From: Candidatus Methylomirabilis sp.
GTDB lineage: Bacteria; Methylomirabilota; Methylomirabilia; Methylomirabilales; Methylomirabilaceae
Reading direction: 5' to 3'
Assembly: GCA_041498975.1 (NCBI GenBank)
Contig: JBGQJI010000035.1
Span: 1-20,602 of the forward strand
Length of the DNA: 20,602 nucleotides
Part shown: piece after piece, positions 16,799 to 20,602 of the stretch
Numbering within the stretch: position 1 is the first letter of the stretch
Layout of the letters: each line of letters starts with the position of its first letter
Translations under genes and position numbers: made by a program
Notes under the pieces: generated by a model
Database searches by the model: none
The model's input: only the letters and a program-made list of their open reading frames with translations
Told to the model about the DNA's origin: nothing

Positions 16799-17525
16799 TC
16801 ATGCGCGCTCTGCCACCAGACGGCCTTCCTGCATGACCGGGACGACCTCGGTGGTATCCACCCCCGAACAGATCTCCAGGTCCGATCCAAAGCCTTTCTG
16901 GATGAGGTGTTTTCCCCATTCGCAACACTGGAGCATCCCGAGAAGGTCATTTTGGTGGACCACGAAAAGTTGGTGCGCAGCCCTTGCAGCATCACTGAGC
17001 TCCAAGGAGCGATCAGAGATGGTGAGCAGGCGATCGATGAGCATCCCGCCGCCAACGGCGTCCTCAAGGCAGAAGCGGCCACGTTGGCCCGCGCAGACGA
17101 TCAGGACGTCGAGGCCGGCGCGCATGAGCCACCGCGCCGCGGCAGAACCGTTCAGGAAGGCGGTCGCGACGATCACCCGAGCGCCCTCAACCGCCTGAAA
17201 CGCGCGGGTCCCATTGGTCGTGGTTAGGACAATTGTCTTGCCCTCGACATTGTCACGGCCGTATTCGACCGGAGAATTCCCCAGGTCGAAGCCTGGCACC
17301 TTGACCGCACCCCGTTCTCCGGCCAGCAGGCCGCCACCCGCCAAGCCTCAGCGCCAAACCCCTGGCCTCCTTCAGCGTCAGGACGGGGATGACACCGACG
17401 CACCCGTGGTGCAGCGCGACGGTAATGGTGGTCGTAGCCCGGATCACATCGATCACCGCCACCGCTCGACCAGAGGCGGACCGACGCACCGGATCCAGCC
17501 GGCTGAAAGCAAGGTCAAGGATCAC
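16799..17525 (-). pseudogene. comB: 2-phosphosulfolactate phosphatase family gene split by a frameshift near 17335-17346
   Basis: VIDVIRATTT in the 17525 frame; LLAGERG..GFDLGNSP, LTTTNGT, AFLN, CAG..FCLED continue in the +1 frame to the stop at 16799. Confidence 0.85.
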
Positions 17526-18121
17526 GCCGGCTCGTCCCGATCAGGCAACCCCAGTAGCGGTGGAATCTCGGCCAGCGAAGCGATCACGTGATCGGCATTG
17601 TGCGAGAATGGTTGGACGGGGTTGCAGAGCAGTGCGGTCCGGACGCCCGCCCGGCGGCCCGCCAGCATGTCGAATTCGAAGTCGCCCACGAACAGCGCCT
17701 CGTCCGTCCCGAGGCCGAGCCGCCGACAGGCCAGCAGGACCGGGTCGGGCGCCGGCTTTGGCGGGGCATCTTCCCTGGTCACGATCGCCGAGAAGGGGAA
17801 CTGCAGTCGCCCCAGGATGAGGTCTACGCTCCTGCGGCTATTGCGGGTAACCAGCCCGAGACGCAATCCATGATGATCGAGCCTGCGGAGAAGAGGAGCG
17901 ATCCCATCCTGAGGCTGGCAACGATTGGCGGCCTCGGTCTCGTGGCGCTCGAGGATTGCCTCCGCCCTGGTGCGGGCTCCGCCGGAGAGGCTGAGGATCC
18001 TTTCAAGGATGAACCCCTCCGTTGAGCCGAAGATCTCCTGCTTGATCGCCGCGAAATCAAGGCACTGCACGACCACCACCCCATCCAAATCGAAGAGGAC
18101 ACCCCTGATCCTTGGGCTCAT
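17522..18121 (-). CDS. HAD-IA family hydrolase (phosphoglycolate phosphatase-like)
   Basis: Motif I FDLDG, motif II VTRN, motif III KPAP, motif IV VGDFEFD; stop overlaps comB GTG. Confidence 0.92.
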   Translation of the reverse strand: MSPRIRGVLFDLDGVVVVQCLDFAAIKQEIFGSTEGFILERILSLSGGARTRAEAILERHETEAANRCQPQDGIAPLLRRLDHHGLRLGLVTRNSRRSVDLILGRLQFPFSAIVTREDAPPKPAPDPVLLACRRLGLGTDEALFVGDFEFDMLAGRRAGVRTALLCNPVQPFSHNADHVIASLAEIPPLLGLPDRDEPA

Positions 18122-18149
18122 CGCTCGTCTTTCGCCCTCGTTTCTGCCC

Positions 18150-18359
18150 TCAATAGGCTGCGGGAACCCAGTCCCGCATGGCCCGTCCAGGTCGCGCTGC
18201 CATTTCGGACTTGACGGCGGAACCTGGAACTGGGGCCCTAAGACTTTGGACGTTCAACGTTGTCGTTTCCTCGCCCACATATATTATGTATACTCGACCG
18301 CCGCAGACCTGACAAGTCGGGACTGGAGGGTAGAAAGGCTTTGGCTCCTCGTTCGGCAT
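18150..18359 (-). CDS. Small hypothetical protein with a single CxxCGG knuckle (possibly degraded zinc ribbon)
   Basis: ATG at 18359 preceded by GGAG/GGGGG; CQVCGGRVYIIYV; co-oriented with HAD-comB. Confidence 0.45.
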   Translation of the reverse strand: MPNEEPKPFYPPVPTCQVCGGRVYIIYVGEETTTLNVQSLRAPVPGSAVKSEMAARPGRAMRDWVPAAY

Positions 18360-18414
18360 CGTCACCCCCAACTCCCAACTCCATCTCAGGACACTGCTCG
18401 GCGCCCAAATCCCG

Positions 18415-18443
18415 TTGACACCGTTATCGATACCTGCTATGAA
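18415..18443 (+). promoter_or_regulatory. Sigma70-type promoter for the MFS gene
   Basis: TTGACA-N17-TATGAA with extended -10 TG. Confidence 0.6.
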
Positions 18444-18482
18444 CAGGCGGTTATTCAGGTCCAGAAGGGTGGTTATCGGACA

Positions 18483-19679
18483 ATGGCCGCTAAATTCTCG
18501 TCAGATCAGATACGAACCATAGCAACGCTCAGCACCGCCATCGCGATTCGGATGCTCGGGATTTTTCTCGTGCTTCCCATCTTCACGCTGTACGGAGAGC
18601 AGTTTACGAGCTCGAAACCGCTGATCGGCCTTGCCTTCGGCAGCTACGGGCTGACCAATGCGCTTCTCCAGATCCCGTTCGGCTGGCTGTCCGATAGATT
18701 TGGGCGGAAACCGCTCCTCCTCATCGGCCTCGCCCTTCACAGCGTCGGCTCTATACTGGCCGCCGTCCCCCCCAACATTTTCGCGTTGATCGCCGCTCGC
18801 CTGATCCAGGGGGCCGGGGCCATCAGCTCTGTGGCATTCGCTCTGGTGGCCGATTCGGTCGAGGAGAAAAATCGCGCCACCGCAATGGCCTTCCTCGGGA
18901 TCCCCATCGGCCTCTCTTTCGTCGGCGGCATCCTGGCAGGACCCCTGATCGCCAGCATCGCCGGCTATGCCTCCCTCTTCTGGATCTCCGGCGTTCTGAG
19001 TCTGCTCGCTTCCATCTACCTCGCCCTCGTCGTAAAGGAACCGGCAAGAGAACGGCCTGACGCTGGCGGCGCCGCCAGCCGACCGTCAGTCGCTTCGGTG
19101 TTCAAGATCGGCGACGTCTTCAGATTGGACGTCTGCGGGTTCCTGATGTCCTATTTCATGAGCAGTTTCTTCTTCCATTTTCCCCTTCTGGCTCGGCGTT
19201 ACTTGCCTCTTAGAAGCTACTACATGCTGCTCGGCCCGATGCTCGTCGTTGCCGCAGTCGTGATGTTTGCCGCCTCCGGGGCGGCCGATAGAGGCTACGC
19301 GAAACTGGCGGGGGTAACGGCCTTCGTAATCCTTTCGATCAGTGGGCTGCTCCTCTTTCGCGGCGCTGATTTTGGGTTCCAAGCGCATCCGCTTCTGGCT
19401 CTCGCGGTCGCAGGCATGCTCTTCTTTTCCGGGTTCTCCAGTCTTGAACCGATCCTCCCGAGCCTCATCACGAAAGCGTCACCCAAGACCGTCTATGGCG
19501 CAGCCCTGGGTACCTACAATTCGTTGCAATTCCTCGGCAGCTTCGCGGGCGGGGCGGCTGCAGGGATTCTCGGCGCCCTGGGAGATCAGTTCGTGATGGC
19601 CGGCCTCCTGGTGGCCGCAGCGCTGGGCGTGATGCTGATGGCCCAAGTCAAGGTTGGCTATGGAAGCACCGCACGCTGA
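18483..19679 (+). CDS. MFS transporter (YajR-like DHA family)
   Basis: True start ATG 18483 (MAAKFSS); RMLGIFLVLP, QIPFGWLSDRFGRKP (motif A), ARLIQGAGAI, LEPILPS, YNSLQFLG. Confidence 0.92.
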   Translation: MAAKFSSDQIRTIATLSTAIAIRMLGIFLVLPIFTLYGEQFTSSKPLIGLAFGSYGLTNALLQIPFGWLSDRFGRKPLLLIGLALHSVGSILAAVPPNIFALIAARLIQGAGAISSVAFALVADSVEEKNRATAMAFLGIPIGLSFVGGILAGPLIASIAGYASLFWISGVLSLLASIYLALVVKEPARERPDAGGAASRPSVASVFKIGDVFRLDVCGFLMSYFMSSFFFHFPLLARRYLPLRSYYMLLGPMLVVAAVVMFAASGAADRGYAKLAGVTAFVILSISGLLLFRGADFGFQAHPLLALAVAGMLFFSGFSSLEPILPSLITKASPKTVYGAALGTYNSLQFLGSFAGGAAAGILGALGDQFVMAGLLVAAALGVMLMAQVKVGYGSTAR

Positions 19680-19754
19680 CGAGGGGATGAGTGAGCGTGA
19701 CCCTGCCAGCCGTTGAGGTACGTGACAGCGAAGGCACGGAGCGTTGCGCTGCCC

Positions 19755-20555
19755 CTAGATCCCGCGGACGAACTTGCGGATGGCTGCATTGACCCGTTCC
19801 GGCGATTCGAGGGGAAGCATGTGACCGGCTTTCTCGACAAGCTCGAGGGTGGATCCTGAGATCTGTTGATGCAGTCGCTGGGAGTAACGAACGGGCGTAA
19901 TCAGGTCATCGCTGCCGCAGAGGATCAAGGCGGGTAGCTTGAGCAGCCCGAGCCGACTTCTGAAGTCGAGCTTCCGGCTGGCGGAGAAATCGCCCAACAC
20001 CGTCTCAAGGCTGCAGCGTCGAACATCATCCCGCGCAATCGCCAGCGCCTCCTTCGTGACCAGATCCGAGAAAAACATCCCCTTGAACTTGTGAGGTAGG
20101 GTGGCGATAGCCCACAACAGGATGTCGGGCGTCAGGGCCAGCGTGTCGAGGTAGGCCGCCGTCGCGACGAGGATCAATCCCTTCAGGAGCTGCGGGGCTT
20201 CCAGGGCGACCTGAAGCGCGACGGCTCCCCCCAGTGAATGTCCTGCCAGGAAGACCTTGCGCCTAGCGATCCGTTGGAGCACGGCTCTGACTACGCTGGC
20301 GTACCGTTCGACGGAGGGGTCGCCGGCAGGAGCGGAGGCGCCGTGCCCGGGAAGATCCGGCGCCACGATCTCGAACTCACGCAAAAGCCCGTCCACCTGA
20401 TACCGCCAGGAGTCGGCGCTGCAGCCGCTGCCGTGGATCAGGACAAGCCGCTCGCGCCGAATCGCCCAACGCCCGCCCGTGTGGACAACGCCCACGGCCC
20501 GTCCGTCGATCTTGAAGACTTTCCGAGGAAGTCGCTCTAGTAGCTGGCCTGGCAT
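19755..20555 (-). CDS. Alpha/beta fold hydrolase
   Basis: LIHG, PDLPGHG, GHSLGG nucleophile elbow, GSDDLITP acid, AGHM histidine. Confidence 0.92.
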   Translation of the reverse strand: MPGQLLERLPRKVFKIDGRAVGVVHTGGRWAIRRERLVLIHGSGCSADSWRYQVDGLLREFEIVAPDLPGHGASAPAGDPSVERYASVVRAVLQRIARRKVFLAGHSLGGAVALQVALEAPQLLKGLILVATAAYLDTLALTPDILLWAIATLPHKFKGMFFSDLVTKEALAIARDDVRRCSLETVLGDFSASRKLDFRSRLGLLKLPALILCGSDDLITPVRYSQRLHQQISGSTLELVEKAGHMLPLESPERVNAAIRKFVRGI

Positions 20556-20602
20556 GGGAAGGCGAACTTATCGCAGGAAAGCGATAGTGGTGGGAAAGGG
20601 AA

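Noticed and set aside
17925..18482. N-terminal extension of the MFS ORF (584 aa call)
   Set aside because: Overlaps the HAD gene; a promoter at 18415-18443 and MFS homology place the start at 18483

Overview
High-GC bacterial window. The gene set is compatible with Methylomirabilota/NC10 or a similar uncultured lineage, but that taxon is only an inference. The left part is housekeeping: partial M48 peptidase, HEAT/TPR protein, threonine synthase, isoaspartyl peptidase, AI-2E transporter, an rpsU + RRM RNA-binding protein operon with a leader terminator, a ChdC/HemQ-like heme protein and mqnD. The centre (about 7.9-13.6 kb) is an accessory module. A membrane HisKA_3 kinase and NarL-type regulator are transcribed divergently, across an AT-rich region with NarL-like boxes, from an 829-aa natural fusion. 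That fusion joins a HemN-like radical SAM domain (non-canonical Cx7Cx2C motif) to a Ser-Asp-His alpha/beta hydrolase, and is preceded by a short overlapping ORF. This module is the best candidate for an undescribed system. Two related 106-bp inverted-repeat (MITE-like) elements bracket mqnD plus the module, and each supplies a neighbouring gene's stop codon. The right part has a GAF-GAF-PAS hybrid kinase, a frameshifted comB, a HAD phosphatase, a small CxxC ORF, an MFS transporter and an alpha/beta hydrolase. No rRNA, tRNA, CRISPR array or transposase was seen.
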